A stretch of 63,456 nt of DNA, counting the filler, from Craspedostauros australis (lineage: Eukaryota), in NCBI GenBank assembly GCA_030167865.1. It is 15 parts of 15 records of this genome, joined end to end, with 100 filler letters (N's around TTAATTAATTAA, not from the genome) between each part and the next. Parts side by side here need not be neighbours in the genome. Positions count along the whole stretch, not along the records: positions 23,489 to 39,943 come from JALAGF010000006.1; positions 40,044 to 43,737 come from JALAGF010000010.1; positions 43,838 to 45,886 come from JALAGF010000011.1; positions 45,987 to 48,417 come from JALAGF010000013.1; positions 48,518 to 49,674 come from JALAGF010000014.1; 10 more parts are not named here. One strand, written 5' to 3'. Under the pieces are notes generated by a model. It saw only the letters and a program-made list of their open reading frames with translations. It made no database searches and was not told the origin of the DNA. The position numbers and the translations under genes were made by a program. This document shows positions 37,843 through 49,674 of this stretch, piece after piece; the stretch's first letter is position 1, and every line of letters starts with the position of its first letter.

Positions 37843-38892
37843 ATGATCCCAGCGGCGCTGTCACTGACCGGGTCCGGACACCTGCTCATCTATCAGCTTG
37901 GAGCATGCAGGGTGTTGATGAACGGCACCAAGGGCAGATCGTTGCTGCAGATCAAGCAGATTGCAGGGTCCAGTGGCGGCGCCATCTCTGCCGCGCTGCT
38001 GGCTCATGCGCATCGCCAACGCCAATGTCGCCATGTAGAGACCAACGAACAAACAGATCAACATGAGCATGGGGAATCGGGTGACATCGTCGACGAGTAC
38101 AGCCGTCAATTCATTCGCGAGCGAGGCAGAGCGTTGACGATGCTCAAAGATCTGTTGGCTTCATCAGTGCAGCTGAACACAAGCGATGATCTCGTTCTAT
38201 CCATCGCAACCACGCGGTGTGACAATGGAAAGTTGCAGATGTTCCACTACCGCAATAGCGATGGAAGTAGCAGCAGCAACGCATCGCCATCTTTGTCGAG
38301 TGACAAACAGCAGAACGATCCCGATGTGATTCACACCAGCATGGTCCCGGAAAGCGAGATCAACGATAGCACCGACAATATCATTGACGTCGTCAATGCA
38401 TCTTGCCGCATCCCCAGCTCATCCCATCCCGTCGACATCATTTCCAACAAGCAGCGGATCTATGCCGAGCATGAAGGCGTTCAGCTGGGGACGCATGGCT
38501 CCTTCGTGGACGGTGGCATCGCGGCACCGGCGCCGCCCACATCGCCGGACCTCATGCGCATAGTCGTCACGCCGTTGGTGGGGAAGACGCCGACAACTGC
38601 GCTCTCACATCGGATATCCCCATCGCCCGAACACCTGACCTTCTCGTGGCCCAGCATCAATCTCAACTACGACCTCTCGATCCCGCTAATATGCATCGAC
38701 AACCTGCGTGCGCTGCGAATGAGCATGGACATAGTGCGATCTTCCGAGCTGGAGGAATGGTTTCTGCGCGGCCAGCGCGATGCGGAGTCGTTCTTGGACG
38801 AGCTAGCGAGGGGCCTCGGCGATCAATCATCATCATCATCAACATCATCCAGAAGAGAAAAGTCGGATCAGCAATCATATCGGTGGTCGTGA
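37843..38892 (+). CDS. Patatin-like phospholipase (PNPLA-type)
   Basis: Gly-rich loop LSLTGSGHLLIYQLG, nucleophile motif AGSSGG, ASCRIP and catalytic DGG. Confidence 0.85.
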   Translation: MIPAALSLTGSGHLLIYQLGACRVLMNGTKGRSLLQIKQIAGSSGGAISAALLAHAHRQRQCRHVETNEQTDQHEHGESGDIVDEYSRQFIRERGRALTMLKDLLASSVQLNTSDDLVLSIATTRCDNGKLQMFHYRNSDGSSSSNASPSLSSDKQQNDPDVIHTSMVPESEINDSTDNIIDVVNASCRIPSSSHPVDIISNKQRIYAEHEGVQLGTHGSFVDGGIAAPAPPTSPDLMRIVVTPLVGKTPTTALSHRISPSPEHLTFSWPSINLNYDLSIPLICIDNLRALRMSMDIVRSSELEEWFLRGQRDAESFLDELARGLGDQSSSSSTSSRREKSDQQSYRWS

Positions 38893-41453
38893 CATTGACG
38901 ATGCGATCGAAGATTAGTCGTATTTCTTGACAGGAGTGTGAGAACCTACCCCTTCTCCATCCTTCAATAAGGCTCCATCCTCAACTCGACTCGTCTCTAC
39001 TCTAATCGACTCATTCCATCTTTCGTGACAACCTCGTGGATTGTCGCAAGTGTGAAAGTTGAGGTGAAATATGTATTTCTTGAATTCCAGTCTCTGTTTG
39101 TGACACCTTTCCGATCATGTTTTGTGACGCCTTTTCTTCGTTGCGTCCTGCACTTCACATCCACGTATCCAAATTGGACCAACAGGGCAATGCGCTCCGC
39201 AGGAGCATGGTGTGGCACATCTGCTCTGTTCTTGATGCATCAAGAGGCAGCACGGCACCGGATGTTTGTATTCGGCTCTGATGACAACAGCGATGCGCAA
39301 ACTGCCGCTGGGAACATCGAATATCGAACGTGGCATACTTGGACGCTGGGAAGTCGGCATGCAAGCACTACTCCATCCAAAGCAATAGTTGCGCAGTGAT
39401 CAAAACCGGGCCCGGCGAAACAAAATCCGCAATGTGAGTTGCATTGGGAATTGTGACGTAACTGTGAAGAGGGCCTTGTTAAACCGTTTGCAGTGTCGAT
39501 CTGTGGCTGTGCCACAACAAGCTAAAATTCATTTCATTTCATGATGCGAGTACTAGTGTGTATGCATGTATGTACGGTGCTGGCGGCATTGGACGCCTCT
39601 GCTTTCCGGGTGGGGCAGAGAACGGAGCGCCACTCGCGCCCTACTGCTTCGTGTTCATGCACGTACGGACGCATACGAGGTATCACACGAGCACAAATGC
39701 AACAACACACCTGCAACCTAACTCCACTCTACAGTTTCGTGACAGTCAGAATCATTCGCGACTATATTTGGTACAGCGTCAAAAGGATCTTTCAACATTC
39801 TAAGGTGATGTGCCATACTTTCCCCATGGTCTCCACCGACTGCAAGTATTGTGCCCTGCGTACTCTACTCGTACGTTCGTGGCCGTAGTGATCTACTCAG
39901 TCAGACTTCGAAGACGTAACACGCCAAGGGCGCATTCGATTGCNNNNNNNNNNNNNNNNNNNNNNNNNNNNNNNNNNNNNNNNNNNNTTAATTAATTAAN
40001 NNNNNNNNNNNNNNNNNNNNNNNNNNNNNNNNNNNNNNNNNNNACGAATATGTGCTTGGTTAGTATGTAGGAGAGAAAATTTCTGGAGGTCTATTTCAAA
40101 GTGTTGGTCGACTCACTGATCCGGCTCATATCATGTAATAGTTTAAATATGAGTGCATGGGTCGTACAATTCCTTCTTTGCGAAGGTTTCATGCATTGGC
40201 TTTGCCCCGTCAACTCGGTTGCAAAGAGTGCTCGCCACTTTCGGTCCTTCCAACGAAAGAGGTATCTACATCCATGCGCACGAGCCTTCGAGACCAATGC
40301 ATGTACTCGTAGCTCATACCCGCAACCACAGTGATGGGGACGTTCCATCCCATTGTTCGCTGCGATCCGTACGAGCAAGTACGAACTACACATGTGCCGG
40401 TTGCACCAAGAGTCGGGCGATGATGGGTCCTCTTCCGCGCAGCTCTTGGATACGCACATCACCACAACCAGTGGATCCAATGATTGCCAATGTGACTGAC
40501 CAATCCTCGTGGGGACCTTCTCGCCAAAGTTGGATTGCGCAGAGCTCAGCTCTGGAGGTGGTTGATCACCAACAATCTCCGACAAACCGAACGTCTCCTC
40601 TCTCCCCTGACAGTCGCAGCTCGTGACGTGCCAACACATTCAGGAGACAGGCCTCTCCGCACATGCGTGCGAAGCAGCATCAACCGCGGCGACAACACCG
40701 CTTCTCGGACGCACACAGGCAAAGCCTCAAAAGCGTTTGAGTTTGACTGCGCAAAAGTGCTGTCTGGTGTGATTTTTGTGGGGACAAACGTTCGGGCCCA
40801 ACCAGATTCTGCTTGTGGACGATATTGGTGACGCATGTCACATGCGACATACAAAACAAGCCTACTGGACCTAAACGACACAAAAAGTCGATGGCGAAAG
40901 GCCACTGTCCAACAACACATAACGACAAGTGATACATCAACACAGAACGCAGGCAATCCAAGCAGCCCAAAAAACGCGAGGAGAGCGCGAAATTGTTGGC
41001 GAAGAAGGAGAGCACTTTGTGCCGCAACCAAGGGCAAAAACCAATTCGCGCTCTCGTCCCCACAAAAACCCGAACGTTCACACAACGAGAAAAGAAGTTG
41101 CGGAAACAGAATTGAGGGAGGATTGGTACGAAAAGTTCTCCCCCGCGAATCAACGCCATTTTCGCTCTTTGACGTACAATCCGGAGGTATCCGAGCAGTC
41201 CCATCTCGTTCATCACGGCAAAAGGAACATGGCACAAACAGTTCCCATGGGTCTCCGCCGATTGACTGGCCCGCCATCGCCAACGTCAGTGGAGGCTGCG
41301 GCCGGCCACAGAACCAACCCAGATCAGCTCATAACTTCTGCGTCCACCAACCAACCAAACAAAAGCAACATCGAACACTAGTAGGTCGTTGGTCGTACAA
41401 ACCCAATCCTGCCCTATCCACGCTACGCCGATAGAAGGACACGCACCCTCATC

Positions 41454-42914
41454 ATGCACCTCATAGATGATCACATCTCGCTGTCCTCAAACAACGAGGA
41501 CATGTGCGGCATCTGGGACCATGCCGATGGTGGTGATGCGGAAGAGGGATACGGCTGCGACTTCGATCAGCACGATGCACGTTTGCAAGCAGTGCACGAT
41601 GATCATCATGCCGACGTTGACGTTGACATTGACGTTGACGTTCATGTCGACGGTGATCTCGAAGAAGACGAGCGAGGCCCTTTGTGGTCTGACTTTTCGC
41701 TGTCACGGAACAGTTTCGATGGCATGGACAAGCTTGGCCGCGGAGACTTTGATCATGGCACAGACGAAGATCAAGACGAACAAGCTGTAGATGCGGATGC
41801 GGATGCTGAGATGGAGGCGACGGAGACAAGCATCGATGATGAGTACTTCGCCATCGAACAGGCTGCCGGTGCTTCTGCCATCGATATACACTTCGAGCCA
41901 CCGCAGGTACACCGCCAGCATCAGCGGCAGCCGATGGAAGACGCGGACATGAGCGACAGCCAAGCACATCAGGAGCAAGGACGAGAGGCGCGGCACGGTG
42001 GGATGGGTGGAAGGGTGGCAACACCGCCGCACCACGAACGCCCGCGATACAACGGAGCTCTGCCACCAATCGTGTCGCCAGAAATCCTCAGCCCAAAGGT
42101 CGTCACACATTTGTTGGGATCTTCGACGATCGAAACTCATGGCGATGACGGTGGTAACGGTAACGGCAACAGCGGCAGCAACCGGCTGGTGCCATTTGAC
42201 GTGATGCCGCCCATTTCCGTTGGCTCGGCAGACCAAAAGCCAGAAAGGTGCCATCCGGCCCAACAGATCCGCAACCAACGGTTGGGATATGGTAACGCTC
42301 CACAGCGCCCACACAATTCGCAGGCTTCACAATTCCGACCACTCAGCGAAGAGACTCGTGGCGCGGACGCACAGCCTCAACGACAGACGCAGAAGCAGAG
42401 ACAAGAGCCATCTTATCCTCTCGCTGTGACAAGCAGTGCCACGAAGCACGACAACCGAGATCTGACGCGATTCAATCTGCACATCGAGTATCGCAAAACA
42501 CTGCAGAACTTGGCGGCCTCCATGAGACGGTCCGAGGCCACACGCAATGAGATTCTGAGACAGCGCAAGCTGGGGAACCTGCCTCGATCCTATCCATTCT
42601 GCGAGGACTTGGTCGTCAATCCCACCGTCCTCACGGGAATGCCATTGCACCACCATGCCCATGCAAGCATGAGTAGCAGCATGAGTAGCAGCGTCAGCAC
42701 CAGCGGTAGCGTCAGTCGTACTTCCCACAGCGGCGATCCCAGCAACGATGGTCAGCATCATCAGCGCCGCCACTACCACAGCCAGAACAGCTTCCATGAT
42801 TCCTACCATCGACATCACCGTCCATGCAACGGGCATCGGCATGCGCATAGCATGCATGGTGTCCATGCTGGTACCGCCGTTGGGATTGGCGTTGCGGATG
42901 GACGACAGCGCTGA
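41454..42914 (+). CDS. Low-complexity hypothetical protein
   Basis: 486-aa acidic, disordered ORF with one helix YRKTLQNLAASMRRSEATR, of a kind common in diatom hypotheticals; the true start may be the ATG near 41502. Confidence 0.6.
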   Translation: MHLIDDHISLSSNNEDMCGIWDHADGGDAEEGYGCDFDQHDARLQAVHDDHHADVDVDIDVDVHVDGDLEEDERGPLWSDFSLSRNSFDGMDKLGRGDFDHGTDEDQDEQAVDADADAEMEATETSIDDEYFAIEQAAGASAIDIHFEPPQVHRQHQRQPMEDADMSDSQAHQEQGREARHGGMGGRVATPPHHERPRYNGALPPIVSPEILSPKVVTHLLGSSTIETHGDDGGNGNGNSGSNRLVPFDVMPPISVGSADQKPERCHPAQQIRNQRLGYGNAPQRPHNSQASQFRPLSEETRGADAQPQRQTQKQRQEPSYPLAVTSSATKHDNRDLTRFNLHIEYRKTLQNLAASMRRSEATRNEILRQRKLGNLPRSYPFCEDLVVNPTVLTGMPLHHHAHASMSSSMSSSVSTSGSVSRTSHSGDPSNDGQHHQRRHYHSQNSFHDSYHRHHRPCNGHRHAHSMHGVHAGTAVGIGVADGRQR

Positions 42915-43655
42915 AGACGTCCACCGCGTGTAGAGAAAAGCGCGCGATCTTCGCATCAACAAGCAACAAACCATAATTCACAAAGCACTCGGGAAGTGAA
43001 TTCCAGATGCAAGGCGGCAATGGCACGGGACGAAAACAACCACGGACGAAAAGAGTCTTCCACCCTCCGCGGTGCTGATCCTTAACGCGCAGAGAATTCG
43101 CATTTACATTCGCATCCACAAGCGCATTTCCGACAAACAAATCGAGAGGCAACCACGAGATCCAGAACCATCACAATCAGCAGAGAGCAGAAACAATAGT
43201 AAAACTGCTCCATACTGTTAGACCACAAGCACTCGAAGGAATTGGTGTGAATTGAGGTGTTGACAATGTCTGGATTACGAACGGTTGCAAGATCAGGTCA
43301 ACAATTTCTGGAGGTCAAAGATGTGTGGTTGTTTGCGCAGCTCGTACGAGTATAGAAGTTGGTGGACAAGATTGTACACACACGTGTCTTCGTTTCATAC
43401 TCGTGCACTTTTCTTCGTGACGAGACTCTCTTTCGACGAGTATTTGCGTGGAACAGAGAAAAAGAGAGTGTTTTGGTCCACAGGGAGGTCACACAGGTAC
43501 GCACAACAAGTAGAAGCAGGGCCCCTATCCAACACAGAGGGGCATCGTCCAGTAGGCCACTCGTCCCTGCGATCAAAGCAACATTGGTAATTCCGGTAGA
43601 ATATGACTTGAATATAAATTTCTGCTTCTTGCAACGACCAAGAATCCATGATTTT

Positions 43656-43737
43656 AGTTGAGATTCAATGAGGGACAGACTAGTACCGAACACGGTATCA
43701 ACCCGATGGGAGAAATTCCTGTTTTGGCGCGAAATCT
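43656..43737 (+). mobile_element. Left end of the AGTT...AACT element family (copy 2)
   Basis: AGTTGAGATTCAATGAGGGACAGAC... matches 578 onward; the contig breaks inside it. Confidence 0.8.
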
Positions 43738-44389
43738 NNNNNNNNNNNNNNNNNNNNNNNNNNNNNNNNNNNNNNNNNNNNTTAATTAATTAANNNNNNN
43801 NNNNNNNNNNNNNNNNNNNNNNNNNNNNNNNNNNNNNCACAATTTCCCTTTGTGTGTTGTGTTGTGTTGCGACGGCCAAAAATCACTTCTCCGATTTGAG
43901 TTTATTTTGTGTGATGTGATGTGATGTCGTTGTTCGTCACCCGGACACCGGTACTCACATCGCTTTGTGTCAGTGGGAGCAGGGTGAGAGTTGCGACACC
44001 TATCTTGGCGTCATGATTGCAAGCATCGACTCGAGTTTTCGTGCTACTGGTTGCCGTTATATTGGGCGTTAATTCAGTCGGACTGGTCAAACTACCGACA
44101 CGATTGGATTTGTAGCTGACTCCTGGATCACGAGAGTGCGGGGATGATCGTGATTGAGTAGCGGTGGTCGTTTTACAAACGTATGACTGGCTGGATTGAG
44201 TCGAGTGAGTCCAATTTATAACGGTAAAATAACGTCTGTTCGCGACTTAGCGCTAGCTCTTGTGTCGCACCTGATGAACAAGTGCTGAAAGGTGGACAGG
44301 TCGCGTCACAGGCTTGCATGGTGTCGCAGCGGCCCTGCTTAACGTTGTTTGGGTGGCCAAGGATCAGCGGGGGGTGCTTGTTGTGGTGG

Positions 44390-44700
44390 TTGCAGGGCAT
44401 TGGGCAAAAACAGCGAGAATAAGCGCATAGTAGTGAACGCGCATAAACTGTCGAATGTTTGTGCGTACCAACGAGCACCATGGAGGAGCCAGTCTGATGT
44501 TCAACCCTTGTATCATGTCCATAGACATTCATGGGGAGTGTGTGTGCATTGTTGGTTGTGTGAAAAATGGTCGTTGTGGCACTTGTTTTGCATGTGGCAA
44601 AAACAGTGAGAACGCGCGTGCAATGTTGGATGTTTGTGCGTACCAACGAGCATCATGGAATTGTTTGGCGCATTTGTCACTCATCTACCATGTGTGTGCG
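44390..44700. repeat. Degenerate direct duplication (about 180-190 bp period)
   Basis: ggcaaaaacag.gagaa and atgtttgtgcgtaccaacgagca.catgga each occur twice. Confidence 0.65.
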
Positions 44701-44949
44701 TGTGTGTGGAACTAAGTGGGTGTATGTAACTAGGTGGGTGACAATTGCTACTGTGTGAAGTGGAACTGCAACCAGGGGAATTCGAAGAACAGGAATCAAG
44801 CATCAAGAGAATCAGAGTAGCACGACAGGCCCTGCCTGGAACGACCAAGAGCGTCCCACATTGATGTAGCAAAGCCTGAGAGAGTAGAGTCAGGGACCCA
44901 ATCTAGCAATAGAGTGAGAGGCCGTCAGCATTCTCCCATGGCAACACCT

Positions 44950-45886
44950 TTTGTGCCCCTGAATGGCTGCCGATCAGCATGCAGACATCAGCTTGTGGCT
45001 GGCACCAATACGATAGACCCTGTGCAATCAAAGCACGCTCTTGGCGGATCTGGAGCGGCACATCCTAGCGTCTGTGTTGCAGATACGGATCTTGAAGATT
45101 GCATTGGACCCCCGCTTCCAGAATCCGTGAATGACAACATCTCCTTGCAGCTCAGGATCAACCTCTGCAGCCAACCTCTGCAGCACTGCCACCAGCACCT
45201 CGGCTGTTCCAACTAGTATGGATCAATGGTTCGTTGGAGACAGAGGAAGGGTTGATGGCCTGGCTGCAAAGCTGGACCCACTTGCCGCATTCGTCAGTAT
45301 GGCAAAGCAGAACGAGCCCTCCCTTCTTGCAGGAGCAGGCATGTTCCACAGAGAACCGCTCGCTGCAGCCATTGCATCGCTCAGGCAGCGACGCTGGGTG
45401 CAAGCCAAAGCAGATGCAGAGGATGTTACAGAATTCATCAGCCAATAAATCGGTCCCATTGGGCTTGCTGGGCATGGCCGTGAGCCACGCCCCAGTGGAT
45501 TTGGAGCGCTTGATGCGTCGAACAGCAAGGTTGCTGGAGTTGGTGATGATGTCTGCGAGGATACCAATACCATCCTCAGCCTCCTCGTTTGGCCTTGTGC
45601 CGCTTGCGTCTCGCACTCCTGGCAGTGTTGACGAACCGCTCCACATTGAGATTGGACCTTTGCACCACGGACTGGCTGAGGTGATCCATGGCATGGACGG
45701 ATGCGGAGTGGTTCTCAGCCGCTGCAGCTGTGGGATTGAGGGATCCCAAGCCCAGCTTGCTTGGCTGGCAGGCCAAGGAGCTGACTCAATCCAGCCACCT
45801 CCGACACATCCGCATCCAGGAGGGCTGGGAGGAAGGTGCTGGCAATGGAGGCATTGACAGGGCGGAAGCAATCGCCAGCATCTTCT
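44950..45886 (-). mobile_element. Decayed non-LTR retrotransposon, RLE-bearing (CRE-like) C-terminal region
   Basis: RT thumb motif LGLPAKQAGLGIP, GAWLTAMP, zinc knuckle CNGCSERFSVEHACSCKKGG, and RLE-like LQGDVVIHGFWKRGSNAIFKIRICNTDA; frameshifts and stops present. Confidence 0.8.
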
Positions 45887-46727
45887 NNNNNNNNNNNNNN
45901 NNNNNNNNNNNNNNNNNNNNNNNNNNNNNNTTAATTAATTAANNNNNNNNNNNNNNNNNNNNNNNNNNNNNNNNNNNNNNNNNNNNGCCATCATAGTTCC
46001 TGTCATCACGATCATGAGGCTTGGAGAGAGCATGGTGGTTCTGGGTTTGGTTTCTACGTTGATGTTGGAGCTGACGTTGACGTTGATGTTGACGTTGTTG
46101 TTGACGTTGGTGGGGACTTGAGCGTCGCAGTGAATCTGAGGTGCTGATCTGATCTGTAGTCGCTGTATTGCTTCTTCTGTGGTCTGAAGCTTGGGTAGGG
46201 CAGAGATAGCGTTGATGCTCAGGTTACTGATTGGGGTGGAGAGGGGTTGAGTTGATGATGATGATGGTGGTGTCGTTGTCAGCGCTTTGTACGTTCGTAT
46301 GGTTGGGCAAAGCAGATCGATGATTGGGTTGTGTGCCTGTGGTGGTGTTGCAAGCCATTCAAATGGAGGTCCGCTGCTGTTCTGCGTGGGATGTTTGTGG
46401 TGTGCAAGATCACCGCAACGTGGCCGCCTTCGTTCTGACGCTTTCGTTGTGATTCGGAAACGTTGACACCCGAATTCTGCGTACGTGGTTTGACTCGATA
46501 GACGACGTCACGTTTGATAAAGCTCCGGCACTTTGCTCGACACAACAGAATTCTGCAAGACACGGGAATTTCGCCGAAACTCGATGCCGTTTGCGTTCGA
46601 CCACATGGACTAATCCCCCAATGCCCCAAACGAACTGTGGTTGGACTCAATGGACCACTATTGCATTATTAGTTTAACGTATATAACGTCGTTTAGTTTG
46701 AATTCCGAACACCTTCCAATGACAACA

Positions 46728-46880
46728 AGTTCGATGAAAGTACCACCAGTTCGATGAAAGTACCGCCAGTTCGATGAAAGTACGACCAGTTCGATGAAAG
46801 TACGACCAGTTCGATGAAAGTACGACCAGTTCGATGAAAGTACCACCAGTCCGACGATAGTACTGCGACTCCAATGAAAG
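46728..46880. repeat. 20-bp tandem repeat AGTTCGATGAAAGTAC(C/G)(A/G)CC, 6 near-perfect copies plus degenerate ones
   Basis: Directly visible at a 20-nt period, with no unique spacers. Confidence 0.9.
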
Positions 46881-46944
46881 CGATCACCATCCAACGTTGG
46901 TCACCACGATTCAATACAACGGCTCGTGTCTAAACAAAACAAAG

Positions 46945-48417
46945 ATGCGGTTACAACAAGACCCAATGACAAAAACAAGACTCGGAAACCCCGTGCAAAT
47001 CCAGTTCGCTCAACGCAACAAAGAAGGTCTTTGTGGCACCGGCAACATGAGACCGATCACATCACAGAGGAAGAACTCAGCCATCAGCCAACCAATTGAC
47101 ATACCAACATTCACCAAAAAGTAAGCAAAGGCAGCAGAGACCGTACAGAGATAGCAACATACGGAGAACATCGCCAACATAGCACAGACCAACTCATCAC
47201 CCAACAATACAAGCAGTCAGCCAACCATGTATCGGAAGTGCGAACCTGGAAGGCAACTGACCATTCGAGGAACCAGCCAAAGCAATCAGACAGATGGCAA
47301 AACAAGCAGTCAACCGACCACACATCACAAGGGCGAACCTACACAGCAACCAACCATTCGAGGCACCAACCAAAGCAGCGGATCAACTGCACATCAGGAG
47401 GGCGGATCTGTGCGGCAATTGGTCATTCGAGGTACCAGCCAAAGCATCAGATCAACCACACATCAAGATGGCGGAACTGCACACCAACCAACCATTCGAG
47501 GCACCAACCAAAGCAGCGGATCAACTGCACATCAAGAGGTCGGAACTGCACAGCAACCAAGCATTCGTGGTGCCAGCCGAAGCAGTGGATCAACTGCACA
47601 TCAGGATGGCGGAACTGCGCGGCAATCAAGCATTCGAGGTATCAACCAAAGCAGCAGATCAACCGCACATCAGGAGGGCAAATCTGCACACCAACCAACC
47701 ATTCGAGGTACCAACCAAAGCAGCGGATCAACTGCACATCAAGAGGTCGGAACTGCACAGCAACCAAGCATTCGTGGTACCAGCTGAAGCAGCGGATCAA
47801 CTGCACATCAGGATGGCGGAACTGCGCCACAATCAAGCATTCGAGGTATCAGCCAAAGCAGCAGATCAACCGCACATGAGGAGGGCAAATCTGCACACCA
47901 ACCAACCATTCGAGGTACCAGCCAAAGCATCGGATCAACTGCACAGCAGGAGGGCGAATCTGCATGGCAATTGGTCATTCGAGGTACTTCCCAAAGCAAT
48001 CAAGCAAGACAACTGGCTATTCGAGGCACTTGTGAAGCCAGACACAATCGATCCAGCAATCAGATCGCCAATGATGCAGCTGATGTTGCCTTCTTGACTC
48101 GTGATGAGATTCTGGAGCTTGGCCTGAAATATGCTGGTTTCCGGCAAAAAAGGATGGCAGAACGAACAAGAACAGATCGCTTTTCTGCAATGTATGGCTT
48201 GAGTCCGGAGAGCTTTGGATGTCTATTCGTTGATTTAACCAATAGCGAACAAGAGCACAAAGTGAAGCGGCCACGCCCATACGAAGTCTTTGTTGTCCTG
48301 AATTGGCTCAAACAGTACAGCACAGAGCATGCGATGGCCGGTCGTTGGCATTTGGATGAGAAAACCATCCGATCTCTCATTTGGTCGTACATACCAGCAA
48401 TTCAAGCATTGCTCCCC
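46945..48417 (+). pseudogene. Harbinger/ISL2EU-like (DDE_Tnp_4-associated) transposase N-terminal region with repeat extension; nonsense-interrupted and 3' truncated
   Basis: ORFs 46897, 47227 and 47971 share one frame separated by isolated stops. The 3' part reads RFSAMYGLSP...VLNWLKQYSTEHAMAGRWHLDEKTIRSLIWSYIPAIQAL, resembling the HTH that precedes DDE_Tnp_4 domains. Confidence 0.6.
47356..47995 (+). repeat. 69-bp (23-codon) coding minisatellite, 9 full units plus a partial, with a 207-bp higher-order duplication
   Basis: ATTCG(A/T)GG begins at 47356, 47425, 47494, 47563, 47632, 47701, 47770, 47839, 47908 and 47977; units 47494-47700 resemble 47701-47907. Confidence 0.9.
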
Positions 48418-48609
48418 NNNNNNNNNNNNNNNNNNNNNNNNNNNNNNNNNNNNNNNNNNNNTTAATTAATTAANNNNNNNNNNNNNNNNNNNNNNNNNNN
48501 NNNNNNNNNNNNNNNNNGGAACTGTTGCAAATCGAGTTGCTGGAGGGAGGCGGATTGCGTTCGAAGTTGCGGCATCATGAGCGAGAAGAGCAGATGGAGA
48601 ATGGGAGAC

Positions 48610-48700
48610 GACCAACCACCAACCACCAACAACCAACAACCAACAACCAACAACCAACAACCAACAACCAACAACCAACAACCACAACCAACAACCATCC
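48610..48700 (+). repeat. (CAACAAC)n heptamer microsatellite
   Basis: Directly visible. Confidence 0.85.
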
Positions 48701-49590
48701 ACCAAGAACCAAGAGCCAACATGGCACAACAGCTTGTTCAGACACCGAAAAAGAAACAAGAGATCTCTCCTTTCACTTGCTACCGGCATTGAACCAGCAG
48801 GATAGTACAACTAGGGCCAATACTCTGAGACCCCCTTTTAACTCACACTGCATCAATGGACATAGAATGAACCCTGTAGATTCGCACACATCACCAATTG
48901 CCCGTCCCCCAATGCAAACGCTCTCTGCACGCACACAGATATATACAGTACTCATGTGGGTGTGCTCGTGTTCCACTGAGCATGGGTATAGTACACACAC
49001 ATGATAGTCTTTGTCACAAAAGCAAGCCAAACAGTGTCCCTAATAGAGCTGAACTAGTACCCACCTTAGAGAGAGAGACCACAAATTGTCCGACCCGTCA
49101 GCATTCCAGTAGAGTGAACAAATACTTCACCAGCCCCCACGTTTGGGGACAGATCCAGAACATTGAAGCAGATCTTTGGAACCTGTGTCAAGGAACCAGA
49201 AGGGTTCCAATAACCAAGCCACTGACACCCACCATTGCCAAAACGCCGACACATGGAAACAGTACCCCAGCAACACGCATCATTGCCTATTGTCTCTCAT
49301 GGAACTCAGCCAAGGGATCTTGACCCACAGTACTTGGGCTACACAACCCATACACACTGTCACTCAGGACACCACAGGAGATCCTCCCTGCAGGAAAGAA
49401 CTATAGCACTAATCTCATAATCCGCACGTTTCTTTACCCATCATTAGTATTCTTGATTGACTACTTGTGATCCTGAAGACTCACGTTCAGACCGCTTGCC
49501 AATCAAGCCTCTGCCCACAGCTATCAACAGCCAACGAGACAACAGCCATTATGTTTGGGCTCTATTAATCTGTGAACCAGGTGGCTGCTT

Positions 49591-49674
49591 TGTCGAGATG
49601 TACATGTGAGTATATGTCAAAATGTACGTGTATATGTGCATCGTTCACCCGCTATTCTCTCATACGCACTTGGA
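49591..49674 (+). mobile_element. LTR-like element terminus, family B, copy 2
   Basis: Near-identical to 1915-1997, with the same TG start. Confidence 0.75.

Noticed and set aside
46728..46880. CRISPR array
   Set aside because: No unique spacers, only 4 variable nt between 16-mers, no cas genes, eukaryotic context.
47356..47995. CRISPR-like or guide-RNA array
   Set aside because: Units are homologous over their whole length and in frame with a protein; there is no repeat/spacer alternation.
47294..48097. 267-aa repeat protein in the alternative frame of the 69-bp array
   Set aside because: It is open because the repeat unit lacks stops; the other frame is the one that joins the transposase-like domain.
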